Origin: Candidatus Microgenomates bacterium
Lineage (GTDB): Bacteria; Patescibacteriota; Microgenomatia; UBA8517
Assembly (NCBI GenBank): GCA_049519355.1
Contig: JBEKQV010000001.1
Span: 193 to 64,192 of the forward strand
Reading direction: 5' to 3'
DNA length: 64,000 bases
Below, in pieces: positions 29,039 through 39,088 of this stretch (its first letter is position 1; each line of letters starts with the position of its first letter). A program made the position numbers and the translations under genes. The notes below the pieces were generated by a model. It made no database searches and had not been told where the DNA came from. It saw nothing but the letters and a program-made list of their open reading frames with translations.

Positions 29039-30523
29039 CTAATGAAGAGCCGATTTACCGAGTACAAAGAAGCGCCAAATAACCGGATAATATAGATTCG
29101 AGAGAACTGTTGAAGGCACCATGGGACAAGTCTGGCTCTCACACTCAATTTCATAAGCGTTATAAACGTATTTAACGTTCCACCACATTCCTACAACAAC
29201 CACTCCTACAATAACCAGCTGCGAAATCTTTTTAAGCCAGTTTTTATTAAAGATCGTATTGGCAAGCGACGGGGTTAAAAGTGCCGAAAAAGTTAAACGG
29301 TAAGTATCGGGAGTAACATTGGGTCGAAAAGCATTAACCAAAAGTGCTCTACTTCCTAGCAAAAACCCCGAGGCAAGAAAAGAAGCAAAAAAATCGGCTC
29401 GCTCAAAAATATATTGAATTCCCCAAGCTCCCAGAATCGCCAAGAAAGGTAAAGCCGGAAAACGGTACCAAGCCAAAAGGTCGCCTTCACCGGAAGAAAG
29501 CATTACAATTATTACCCAATAAACAAAACTCAAGCTAATAAATTGTTTGAGTTTATCTTTGGGTTGAAATATAAAAAATACCGCAGATACCAAACAAAAA
29601 ACATACCAGCTGCTTTTGAAAATCGACGTACTATAACTTGGGGAAATGAAAAACCAGGACAAACTGTTAAAACCTGCGGGACGGAAACCCTGTATGGAAA
29701 TTATTCGTTTGAAAATTTCCGGGCTGAAATGAAAACCATACCAAATATAAACTGCAACAAAAGGAAGTGTTGTCAAAACTAAATAAGAAAGATTCTTAAG
29801 AATAGACTTCCACCTAACCGGCTTTTTCCTATAAAGTTCGGCAAAGACCACATAAAGACTCAAACCCAAAATGAAATAACCCGTTGGTTTGGAAAGACCT
29901 GCAATCCCAACCAAAATCGGAATCGGAGCTAGATAAATGAACTTGGTCACTTTTTGATATTTCAAAAGTAAATAAACAACTAAACAAAAAAGAAAAGCAA
30001 TTAGAGTCTCCGGCATCGCAGTTCTTGATGCAAAAACCATAATCGGTTCAGTTCCGTAAATCAGCATTGCCAGAATTCCGGTCCAGAAACCACTGACCGA
30101 ATCCGCAATCAAAAAAATCAAAACCGAAGTAAGTGCCGAAATTAGTACAACGGGAAACCTAATATAAGATGAAGGTATCCAACCGTTTCTATCTGCGTGG
30201 AATAAATGTGCTGCCTCCCCAACAAGAAGAGAGAATAAAGGCGGTTCGTCAAGCCAGGGCTTATACAAAGTTACGGATGCGGAAGGAGCTCCACCCAAAT
30301 AAGAAATTACCCCCTTAAAAACTTCCGCGCTTTTGGGATAATCGAGTGTTGACCATGAAATCGGCACCCCGGTTTCAATTAAATTTATTCCAGAAAGAGC
30401 AAAAAGCTGTTCATCCAAATGGTTTGCAGTCGGAACCCTTTCATAATTGTGGGCTCTCAAAATAAATGTAAAAAGAAAGACAATCAAGAAAACAACAATT
30501 TTAAAATTTCGTGTTTTTAACAT
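29039..30523 (-). CDS. GT-C membrane glycosyltransferase, ArnT-like variant (family A')
   Basis: 494 aa. HLDEQLFALSGINLIETGVPISW loop-1 DE motif and 11 or more transmembrane segments. Confidence 0.55.
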   Translation of the reverse strand: MLKTRNFKIVVFLIVFLFTFILRAHNYERVPTANHLDEQLFALSGINLIETGVPISWSTLDYPKSAEVFKGVISYLGGAPSASVTLYKPWLDEPPLFSLLVGEAAHLFHADRNGWIPSSYIRFPVVLISALTSVLIFLIADSVSGFWTGILAMLIYGTEPIMVFASRTAMPETLIAFLFCLVVYLLLKYQKVTKFIYLAPIPILVGIAGLSKPTGYFILGLSLYVVFAELYRKKPVRWKSILKNLSYLVLTTLPFVAVYIWYGFHFSPEIFKRIISIQGFRPAGFNSLSWFFISPSYSTSIFKSSWYVFCLVSAVFFIFQPKDKLKQFISLSFVYWVIIVMLSSGEGDLLAWYRFPALPFLAILGAWGIQYIFERADFFASFLASGFLLGSRALLVNAFRPNVTPDTYRLTFSALLTPSLANTIFNKNWLKKISQLVIVGVVVVGMWWNVKYVYNAYEIECESQTCPMVPSTVLSNLYYPVIWRFFVLGKSALH

Positions 30524-30560
30524 CCTATGTTTTTAATTATACTGCTCAAAAATCCATTCT

Positions 30561-32222
30561 TCAGATCCCGTTATTACCGGAACATTTTAACTGCGGATTC
30601 GTATGGTAAACCCAAAGTACCGTATTATTATTTAAATCCTTAATTTCCTTAACTAGCGTAAAGTCATGCGCTTCGGCTTGTGCAGACGATATCGCCTGAA
30701 TATCACCGACTATATATTCATCTTTGCACTGATCAACTCCCCAACTAACTTTCCTAACATCTACGTTGCCTATAACTTTATATTTATAATAAGTTAAATC
30801 ATCGTAGTAATGATTAAGTAAGCCCAGTGGTGTTTGCGCTTGTAATTTCACCGGATCATATTTTTTATAAAAAGCCATCCATATATAAGGAGCGTCGAAT
30901 GTTTCGGAATCTAAAACAAAAGGTTGATTTTTATTCTCTTCAGTCATTTGTGCCAAAACCTGAAATGGGTATCCGAAATAAACTGAGCGTTCATACTTCA
31001 GAAAAATAAAATAACATACATAAAAGTTAAAACCTGAAATTAGAAGCAAAAATGCCGCCAATAAAATTTTTCGATAATTAAATTTTACCGCATCAAAAAT
31101 CGACTTAAGACCAAAAGCTATCATTAAAGTCATTCCCCATAAAAGCGGTAACATCCTTAATGTGTAAAAAGGGTCCCCAGTGACAGCTTCCGGTATGGGA
31201 CCGATTATCAATAATAAAAATATAATTTGAATTAGAGGCTTTGATTTTTCTTCCCAGAGCTGAGCAAACCCGATGAAAAAAGGTATTATCATCCATATAT
31301 AAAAAACACTTAAATCAGGAATCGAACGGAACAGCTGCGGCTCCGGCTCAAAAAACAAGCTTCTGGGCGAAAAATCCGAAAGATACTGACTTGTAAATTG
31401 CCTAGCTATATACAAAGGCCAACCTAAAAAAACCGGTAATTTATCTAAAGAACCTCCATATTTCAGAAAAGTACTTTCCTGCGTATACCCTTGTGTTTGG
31501 TACCTGATCAAGGAACCTACATGTTGAAGCGCTGTAAATTGCGGCAACATAACAATTACTAAGAGCGCAAAACCAGTGGCAACCAGCTTTTTAGATTTCA
31601 AAAATATTTTTCTATTGATAAAAACGAAGACTGCCGGAAATAGTATACCCGTAATTCGCTGGCCGGCATAAGCATAAGAGGCAATTCCAAAAATAGCGCA
31701 AGCAACCGCAAAAAACCATCTCTTTTTTAACGACAAAATTAAAAATAGAATACCGACTGCGGTTATTGCCAAGCCTAAATTGGATCCTACCGCCACACGG
31801 CTTTGGTAAATCGCCCAAGGTGCAAGTGCTACCATAAGGCTGGAAAGAAGTCCCAAACACAATTTATTTTTAAGATCCGAATAATAAAAAAGTAAAAAAG
31901 TAACCATAATAACAATTAATCCTGAAATCACCGACACCAAGCGTGTTGAAAAAATACTTAAACCAAGAAAGTAAATAGGAATGATACTAAAATAGCCGTA
32001 AAGGGAATCCTGAAAGGTTGAAAAGGCTCTGAAATATATCGGCCAGCTTTTACCAAACTCATCCTTTCCCGTTAACAAAATCGAATAAGCATTATAACCC
32101 AGCGACGCTTCATCTGTGTAAACACCAGCCGGAACTTGGCCCAATTTATAAAGCCTGATAAAACTCGCAGCCCCTAAGATCAGAGCAAATAATACTATTG
32201 TAAGAACCTTTTTTGATTTCAT
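30561..32222 (-). CDS. GT-C membrane glycosyltransferase, family A paralog 4
   Basis: 553 aa. VYTDEASLGYNAYSILLTGKDEFG and RSLFFEPEPQ. Confidence 0.6.
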   Translation of the reverse strand: MKSKKVLTIVLFALILGAASFIRLYKLGQVPAGVYTDEASLGYNAYSILLTGKDEFGKSWPIYFRAFSTFQDSLYGYFSIIPIYFLGLSIFSTRLVSVISGLIVIMVTFLLFYYSDLKNKLCLGLLSSLMVALAPWAIYQSRVAVGSNLGLAITAVGILFLILSLKKRWFFAVACAIFGIASYAYAGQRITGILFPAVFVFINRKIFLKSKKLVATGFALLVIVMLPQFTALQHVGSLIRYQTQGYTQESTFLKYGGSLDKLPVFLGWPLYIARQFTSQYLSDFSPRSLFFEPEPQLFRSIPDLSVFYIWMIIPFFIGFAQLWEEKSKPLIQIIFLLLIIGPIPEAVTGDPFYTLRMLPLLWGMTLMIAFGLKSIFDAVKFNYRKILLAAFLLLISGFNFYVCYFIFLKYERSVYFGYPFQVLAQMTEENKNQPFVLDSETFDAPYIWMAFYKKYDPVKLQAQTPLGLLNHYYDDLTYYKYKVIGNVDVRKVSWGVDQCKDEYIVGDIQAISSAQAEAHDFTLVKEIKDLNNNTVLWVYHTNPQLKCSGNNGI

Positions 32223-32971
32223 TTTTTAAACAAAAGTTTTATTTTTGGTATTGATGCGGTCAGTCCTAAATAAAGAACAATATTCATAAACGGAAACATC
32301 AGTACCGGACCGGGATTATATGCAGGACTGAGAAAACCGGTAAGTACCAACGCAAACAAGAAATATGCAATCAAGAATAAATATTGCCGATAATAAATTA
32401 TTAAAAATAATATTCCGATAACAAAAAGGGGCAAAACAAAAGGAGAATATTTATTAGTCTCAACAATACCTGCCTTTTCTCTAGGGTGACTTTGGAAGAA
32501 ATACAGATTGGGATCCAAGGTATAAAAAACATTTCGCAAATATTTACCGGCACCCAAATTAAAATCTAAATAATAATGTTGGGCATACCTATTTGTAAAA
32601 ATTATTCCGAGGCCATTAGCTAAAATTCCATGTCTCTCATTAAGAACATTTATTTCGGTTGGTGAATTGGTTAACAGGGTTTTATCAAATTTATTTCTCA
32701 AGATAAAACCGCAAGCCATTGTTAAAAGTAAAACCGAGATCAAGATGGCATCCCTCCAATGTTTTCTTAGTTCTTTCAGCGTAATCAAAACAAAAATCCC
32801 AAACTCAATAATTAATAAAACAATACTTATGACGAGGTTACTTAAAAGTATTTGCCAAATCCAATAATTTGCTAAGGTAAGAATTAGCAGATATAGACAT
32901 TTCTTGTAAAAATTACGCGGCTTGGGTAATCTCATCACATTACGATATACCCAATCGATATAAATCTGCAA
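32219..32971 (-). CDS. Integral membrane protein of unknown function
   Basis: 250 aa with six hydrophobic segments. It is coupled to the downstream family-A gene by a 4-nt overlap. Confidence 0.45.
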   Translation of the reverse strand: MQIYIDWVYRNVMRLPKPRNFYKKCLYLLILTLANYWIWQILLSNLVISIVLLIIEFGIFVLITLKELRKHWRDAILISVLLLTMACGFILRNKFDKTLLTNSPTEINVLNERHGILANGLGIIFTNRYAQHYYLDFNLGAGKYLRNVFYTLDPNLYFFQSHPREKAGIVETNKYSPFVLPLFVIGILFLIIYYRQYLFLIAYFLFALVLTGFLSPAYNPGPVLMFPFMNIVLYLGLTASIPKIKLLFKK

Positions 32972-33027
32972 CTTATTATCATTGCTGATTTTAGTAAATC
33001 ATCGCAATTGATATACTATGTTTTGTA

Positions 33028-34521
33028 ATGAAACGGATATTTATACTCCTTTGCGTCTTTCTTTCCGCATTCGTTATTTACTTTTTTGCTAAAGACAGGT
33101 GGTTGGGCTACGCAACAATTCCAAATAACAAAATCTTTGACGAAAGAGATTATGCTCTTCAAGGAATAAGTTTAAGAACCAGCGGAGTACCTATTGGCTG
33201 GTCTATATATGGCGAGTACACAAAGATGCCCACAAGCGTACACTCCACCGGTCTCTCGGGATTTTCAATACTCGTAAACAACGTTAAACCAACTTTTTCC
33301 AATCTAAAAGGTTTTCCCTACCCTGTTTTTACAATCAATCAATTCGATTTTGGATTTGGCACCCAATACTTAAAGTTCGTTCAGCCTTTTCTCGATCATC
33401 CGCCATTCGGCGGTTTAATCTACAGTCTCGGCATTCCCAAGACCGCAAAAAGCTTTTTGGACATCAAACCAGCCGATTACCGAAAGCCAGCTCTTTATTT
33501 AGCCATTATTACCAGTATTTTACTCTTCGCATTGGTTTTCCAGACTTTTGAAAATCCATTCATCTCAACACTTAGCATTATTGTCTACAATTCAGTACCC
33601 ACCTACATACTCGTAACCAGATACGCGCTTTTGGAAAACGTAGTCGCTCCTTTTGCGCTTCTGATGCTTAATTTATTACTTTTAGCCCATCGTTATAACA
33701 AAAAAAGAAAAACATCTTTACTTCTTCTTATCATTTCCGGGCTAATAGCCGGTCTAACTATTTTGGCGAAAGAGTCTGGGGCCGGATTTTTGTTAGGAGG
33801 AATAATTCTACTCATCATCCACAAGACTAGTAAGTTAAAACTATTTTCGTACTTGGGGGCAGCTTTAGTACCTATTACTACCTATGTAGTCTGGGGGTTG
33901 TGGTTTTTCCCCTCACTCTTTGGGAAGATTTTTATTTTTAATTCCAGTACGTCATTTTTGGGATCTCTAAATTTCATAAAAATATTCCCAGGGGCCGGCT
34001 TTCAAGACTTTCCCTTTGATGGCTGGTGGATTTGGGGTTTCATATCGATCATCTTCTTAGTTTACCTCGGAAAAAAGACGGCAATTCCTCTAACCGTTCC
34101 GTTTCTCTGCAGTCTGTTTACAGTCCTATTCTTTACGAGTGTAAATTATCCCTGGTATTATTTTGCGCTGATTCCATTTTTAGCAGCAGCCTCGGGTTAT
34201 GCCCTCTGGAAATTAATTACCGATCCGGATCCAATTCTCCTGGGAACTTTCTTTCTATTCGCACTGTCAAGTAGTTTCTATTGGGGTTACACGGTTTTTC
34301 ATCTTCCACCAAGTAGTTTGGTTTATAGAGTGTTAATTGCATTCTTTACACTTGCGGGGACGTTAAGAATAATCTTTCCGAAGAAAAAGATTATTACCAC
34401 CGGTTGGGCAATCGTATTTTGTATATTAATTTTCGAGGTGGTGAAATGGAACAACTTCTCAATTTTATATATAATTGCCAACTGGGGAAAGCTGGCAATT
34501 CCCAGCTTTCCACTTCTTTAA
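33028..34521 (+). CDS. GT-C membrane glycosyltransferase, ArnT-like variant (family A'), inverted paralog of 29039..30523
   Basis: 497 aa. IFDERDYALQGISLRTSGVPIGW aligns with LDEQLFALSGINLIETGVPISW. Confidence 0.55.
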   Translation: MKRIFILLCVFLSAFVIYFFAKDRWLGYATIPNNKIFDERDYALQGISLRTSGVPIGWSIYGEYTKMPTSVHSTGLSGFSILVNNVKPTFSNLKGFPYPVFTINQFDFGFGTQYLKFVQPFLDHPPFGGLIYSLGIPKTAKSFLDIKPADYRKPALYLAIITSILLFALVFQTFENPFISTLSIIVYNSVPTYILVTRYALLENVVAPFALLMLNLLLLAHRYNKKRKTSLLLLIISGLIAGLTILAKESGAGFLLGGIILLIIHKTSKLKLFSYLGAALVPITTYVVWGLWFFPSLFGKIFIFNSSTSFLGSLNFIKIFPGAGFQDFPFDGWWIWGFISIIFLVYLGKKTAIPLTVPFLCSLFTVLFFTSVNYPWYYFALIPFLAAASGYALWKLITDPDPILLGTFFLFALSSSFYWGYTVFHLPPSSLVYRVLIAFFTLAGTLRIIFPKKKIITTGWAIVFCILIFEVVKWNNFSILYIIANWGKLAIPSFPLL

Positions 34522-34548
34522 AGAAGTGTAATATTAAGTATCAGATCA

Positions 34549-35712
34549 ATGAAAAAGATAACCAACACGCATCTTTTGATTACAGTACTACTCGTAATCA
34601 ATTTACTTTTCGTAATATTTATCCAAAAGAGCCTTTATCCTATTCACCTGGTCCCACAAAACTTCTTTATTAGTGATTTGGTTGGCAAAATCATATATCT
34701 TCCAAGTGTATTAATCTACCTTTTCGAACTCGGAAATTTAATCCTACTCTGGTTAATAGCCAAGAAATTCTATAATGGATATTTTGCACTAATTCCTCCC
34801 GCAATTTATGCAATTTCCCCTTGGAACAGCTACCTAACCGCAACAGGTTCTTTTTACATATTCCTTCTTTTTATAATATTGATCGTTACTTATTCCCTAT
34901 TGTTAATCAAAGAAAATAAAAATTTGCCAGGTGTAATTTTACTCACAGTTTCATCCGTAATTGCTGTTTACAGTTCATTCTTCTTCCTGGTTTTAATCCC
35001 TATGATTATCGGATTAATCATCATACTTAAATTTATTCCGCTTAAAAATTTAAAGGTTCCGATTATTCTAACCGTATTACTTATCACCCCACTTCTTTTT
35101 ACAATCTATAAAAATCATCTTTCCTTTAAAAATATTGCACAAAATCAAATACGGATTTTTGCGGATCCGGGGCTAATTAATACAGCTAACAGTTTCCAGG
35201 GAGAAGCCAGAGAAGAGAATTTCGGAACATTGGCAAGAATCTCTGAAAACAAATATTTTTTCATGGGAGAATATTTATTATTAAAACTCAGTCAACAAGT
35301 AGCTCCGACAACTTCTTTTACTTCTCAAGAAATGCTTTTGAATTTTTCTTTCAGCTCCCCTATTTTCTTGGGCTTTCTTATACCTTTCTTTTATGGAATT
35401 TATATATTACTTAAATCGGATAGCGCCAGAAAAATTATTTTTATTTCGGGACTGCTGATGTTCCCTTCGGTTTTGGCTAAGCAACCCGTAGATCTCAACC
35501 GATTGGTTATTTTTATGCCCATTATTGTTTTTATTATTTCCTACGGGATAGTTAAACTTATTGAACAAAAAAACAAAAAAATGGTTTACATTGTAATTTT
35601 TTCAGTATTAGTATTTCTTCAGGTACTGATTACAGTTTCCGATATTAAGCTTAGAGAAAAAGACAGATTTATCCAGTATTTCGGCCAAAACTATGAAGTA
35701 AAAGAACAATGA
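34549..35712 (+). CDS. Integral membrane protein of unknown function
   Basis: 387 aa with about 10 transmembrane segments. Confidence 0.45.
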   Translation: MKKITNTHLLITVLLVINLLFVIFIQKSLYPIHLVPQNFFISDLVGKIIYLPSVLIYLFELGNLILLWLIAKKFYNGYFALIPPAIYAISPWNSYLTATGSFYIFLLFIILIVTYSLLLIKENKNLPGVILLTVSSVIAVYSSFFFLVLIPMIIGLIIILKFIPLKNLKVPIILTVLLITPLLFTIYKNHLSFKNIAQNQIRIFADPGLINTANSFQGEAREENFGTLARISENKYFFMGEYLLLKLSQQVAPTTSFTSQEMLLNFSFSSPIFLGFLIPFFYGIYILLKSDSARKIIFISGLLMFPSVLAKQPVDLNRLVIFMPIIVFIISYGIVKLIEQKNKKMVYIVIFSVLVFLQVLITVSDIKLREKDRFIQYFGQNYEVKEQ

Positions 35713-37364
35713 CGACCATAAAAAAAACAATTTTAGTATTTATCTGTTTACTTTTTATTACAATTCTCGGAGGATTTTTGAGATTTTATAAAAATACTTC
35801 AAATCCTCCAAGTTTAAATGGTGATGAAATCTCGTTCGGTTACTCCGCTTATTCTGTTTTAAAAACGGGAAGAGATGAATTCGGAGTTTTTCTTCCTCTA
35901 GTTTTCAAGTCAGTCGGCGATTACAAAAATCCAGTTCCTGCATATCTAATGATTTTGCCAATTAAGTTTTTGGGGTTAACCGATTTCGCCGTAAGACTCC
36001 CCAATGCAATCTTCGGAACAATAGCCATACCGATTTTCTTCTTCTTTCTGATGTATATTCTTAAGAATAAAAAAATCGCTCTTCTAGGGTCTTTCCTTAT
36101 GGCAATTTCTGCCTGGTGGATATTTTATTCCAGATACGCATATGAATCATTAATCGCGAGCATTTTTGCTTTAATCGGAATCTGGTTTTACATGAAACTT
36201 CTGGATGATATAAAGGAAAAGAAATATCTTTTTCTTTCGGTCTTTTTCCTCATTCTAACGATGTATACTGCTTTTGCCCAAAGATTATTTATCCCTGTTT
36301 TTGTGGCCGGAATAACGGTATTCAATTTTAGGAAGTTCAAAGGCAATTATAAAACCTTTATAGTATTTTTGATAACTTGCGTACTTCTCGCCCTTCCCCT
36401 TGCATATGTAACTCTCTTCAAGGAAGCCGGAACCAGGTTGACGATGGTTCTGATCAGTAATGATATTGAATTTAGCCGGTACGTTCTTCTTAAAAATTTC
36501 GGCTCGGTAAAAGATCTGGCACTTCTGGCGCTCTTTTGGGCAAAAAGATATCTAAATTATCTTGATCCCAATTTCCTCTTCTTCAATGGCATGCACATGA
36601 CCACTCTGGATAGTTTCGGATTGGGACTTATGTATCCATTTGAAATACCTTGGTTAATACTCGGTATTTTCTCGTTTATAAAAAAGAAAATCCCCCATAA
36701 AGACGTTTTTGTAATCTGGCTCTTAACCGGAATTATTCCCGATTCTCTCACAAATAATCAACAGCAGGCAGGAAGACTTCTTCATATCTCTTTTATTGTA
36801 ATTCTGGTTGTGGCCCTTGGTTTAATAGAATTTGTTAAATGGATTCTCAAAATAAAAGATAACTTAACCAAAATATTAGTCGCGGGAGCTTACATAGTAT
36901 TTATAATACTCATTCTTATACACGCATTTCTAACCTTTTCGGTGCATTTCCCAAGAGCTAAAGGTGAAAGCTACGATGAAGGCTTGAAACAAGTCTCCCT
37001 ATATGTAACCCAGCATCAAAGCCAATATAAAGAAATCATGTTCGACACACGTCATGGCGTTGACGGACCCAGCATGATAAGCAATCCCTACCTTTATCTT
37101 CTTTTTTATTCAAAATACGACCCGAAAACATACCAAACCGAGACGAGGATCTACGGAAGCGCCGCAAATCCTTATTACCATTTCGACAAATACACCTTCA
37201 CTTATATCAATTGGCCCGTCGACTCGCTTAAGCCCGACACCTTGTTTGTAGCAAGCCCATGGAGTTTCCCGTCAGATTTACACGGAGTCAAGATTCTTGA
37301 CACTATCTACTTAACCAACGGCCACATTGCTTACTATATAGCGGTTCCTGCAAAGAAACCTTAA
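35709..37364 (+). CDS. GT-C membrane glycosyltransferase, family A paralog 5 (plus strand)
   Basis: 551 aa. LNGDEISFGYSAYSVLKTGRDEFG and NFLFFNGMHMTTLDSFGLG. Confidence 0.6.
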   Translation: MTTIKKTILVFICLLFITILGGFLRFYKNTSNPPSLNGDEISFGYSAYSVLKTGRDEFGVFLPLVFKSVGDYKNPVPAYLMILPIKFLGLTDFAVRLPNAIFGTIAIPIFFFFLMYILKNKKIALLGSFLMAISAWWIFYSRYAYESLIASIFALIGIWFYMKLLDDIKEKKYLFLSVFFLILTMYTAFAQRLFIPVFVAGITVFNFRKFKGNYKTFIVFLITCVLLALPLAYVTLFKEAGTRLTMVLISNDIEFSRYVLLKNFGSVKDLALLALFWAKRYLNYLDPNFLFFNGMHMTTLDSFGLGLMYPFEIPWLILGIFSFIKKKIPHKDVFVIWLLTGIIPDSLTNNQQQAGRLLHISFIVILVVALGLIEFVKWILKIKDNLTKILVAGAYIVFIILILIHAFLTFSVHFPRAKGESYDEGLKQVSLYVTQHQSQYKEIMFDTRHGVDGPSMISNPYLYLLFYSKYDPKTYQTETRIYGSAANPYYHFDKYTFTYINWPVDSLKPDTLFVASPWSFPSDLHGVKILDTIYLTNGHIAYYIAVPAKKP

Positions 37365-39088
37365 ACCTTTTTGGTTAGAAGAAAAAATGCAGGGTCCCCT
37401 GAAGGATAATAAATAATCTTTATAAGTTGGATATTACTTGGTAATCTTGCGGGATTCGTCGCTAGATCAGAAGGAAGCTCCTTAAAAGGGGCCAGATAAA
37501 GTGTGTTTTCAGGAAGAACGTTGCCAAGATCGTAAAGGTTGACCGAATTTCCCACTGGAGGAAATAAAAATTTTCCCTCTTCAATCATTGAACCAAATCC
37601 CGGAAGACTCACGGTATGACTTACCCCGTCTTTCTGAAATTCGCTTGGCGGATATTCCGACCAAGCCAAAAAGTATTTCAAGGATGGCTCATCCGCACTG
37701 CTAATAATTACCTCATTGTATTTCTTCGATTCTGAAACGGCCAAAGTTATGGCCTCTTGGTATCCTGCCTGCCAAAATTTTTCAGAATCCCAAGGATAAT
37801 GTACAAAAAAGTAATGAACGTAGTTGAAGAAACTCCAAATCAATATAACGCTTATTGCCGACGCCCAAACCAACTTGGTCTTACCTTTAAGTATTCTATA
37901 TACACACACCATTCCGAGACTGGCGAGAACTATAAGCGGAAAAATCAGCAAAAATTGTCTTGTTGCATGGTTTCCGCCATCCTGTGTCAAGTCCCCCGGG
38001 ATGGGGCCGGCAAGTAGAAGAAATAAAATTGTAAATTTCTCATTATTTTGAATTTCTTTTTGTTTTGTTAATAAGAAGTATAACCCGGCAAGAACAAGAA
38101 CAGATTCGATAATATAAAATCCTCCGGAAGCTGATGAATTTTGGCGCGGCGAAGGATCTCCTTTTACGAATAAGAAATCCCCCGATAAAGATTCAAAATA
38201 ATTATTAATAAAAATATTGCCGAAAACTATAATTTTGTTATGAAAAACTTTTTGCAAAACAGAACTAGCCGATATTCCCCCCATTTCCGTATCTCTTACG
38301 CGATTCGCTCCAATTTCACCGATTATGGTTGGCCGGTTAAATATTGAGATTGAATCAAATCTTGCGGACCCTTCTCCAAAGACTGTGTCAATTGCAAATG
38401 GAACCGTAATAATAAGAAAAACTACGGAACATATAATTAAATATTTTTTCTTAATCTTAAAAATATCTTTGTGCCAAATTAAAGCTAAGGCAATAACAGT
38501 TATAGGTAAAAATAACTTTGCGGTACTATATATCCACGGAGTAAAACCCAAAAGTATTGCTGATGGAATAAGCCACAAATTCTTTTTCAAACCGTATAGA
38601 AAAAACAAAATTCCGGCAAAAAAAAAGGTATAGAGCATAGTTGCCTCAAACCCTGCTCTGGAGTAAAGAATGTGCCAAGGCAGAATTGCTAAAAGAACTG
38701 TAGAAATGAGAGCCATATATTTATTCCGTGTTAATTCTTTGACCAGAAAATAAGTAACTAAAATACCGAGTATTCCGAAGATCGCTGCAGGAAGGCGCAC
38801 TCCGTAGGGTGATATGCCAAAAATAGCAACTGTGGAAGTAGAGGCGTAAATATATAAAGGCGCTCGCCATTCCGCTAAAGACTGAATATCAATAGGGAGA
38901 AGATGGCCCGAGTAATCCCTTCCTGTCTTAAGAATAGAAAGTGCTTGGTAACCCACATCCAATTCATCGCCGAAAAGTGAGACCGGATTTTTGTCTATCT
39001 TGTATAATCTTAAAAAAGATCCTAAAAAGAGAGTGAGAATCAGGGCAATTAATACAAATCTTCTATTTTTAATTATTTTGCCCATCAT
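37361..39088 (-). CDS. GT-C membrane glycosyltransferase, family A paralog 6
   Basis: 575 aa. LFGDELDVGYQALSILKTGRDYSG, DFLFVKGDPSPRQNS, KFWQAGYQEA. Its stop codon overlaps the stop of the convergent 35709..37364. Confidence 0.6.
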   Translation of the reverse strand: MMGKIIKNRRFVLIALILTLFLGSFLRLYKIDKNPVSLFGDELDVGYQALSILKTGRDYSGHLLPIDIQSLAEWRAPLYIYASTSTVAIFGISPYGVRLPAAIFGILGILVTYFLVKELTRNKYMALISTVLLAILPWHILYSRAGFEATMLYTFFFAGILFFLYGLKKNLWLIPSAILLGFTPWIYSTAKLFLPITVIALALIWHKDIFKIKKKYLIICSVVFLIITVPFAIDTVFGEGSARFDSISIFNRPTIIGEIGANRVRDTEMGGISASSVLQKVFHNKIIVFGNIFINNYFESLSGDFLFVKGDPSPRQNSSASGGFYIIESVLVLAGLYFLLTKQKEIQNNEKFTILFLLLAGPIPGDLTQDGGNHATRQFLLIFPLIVLASLGMVCVYRILKGKTKLVWASAISVILIWSFFNYVHYFFVHYPWDSEKFWQAGYQEAITLAVSESKKYNEVIISSADEPSLKYFLAWSEYPPSEFQKDGVSHTVSLPGFGSMIEEGKFLFPPVGNSVNLYDLGNVLPENTLYLAPFKELPSDLATNPARLPSNIQLIKIIYYPSGDPAFFLLTKKV

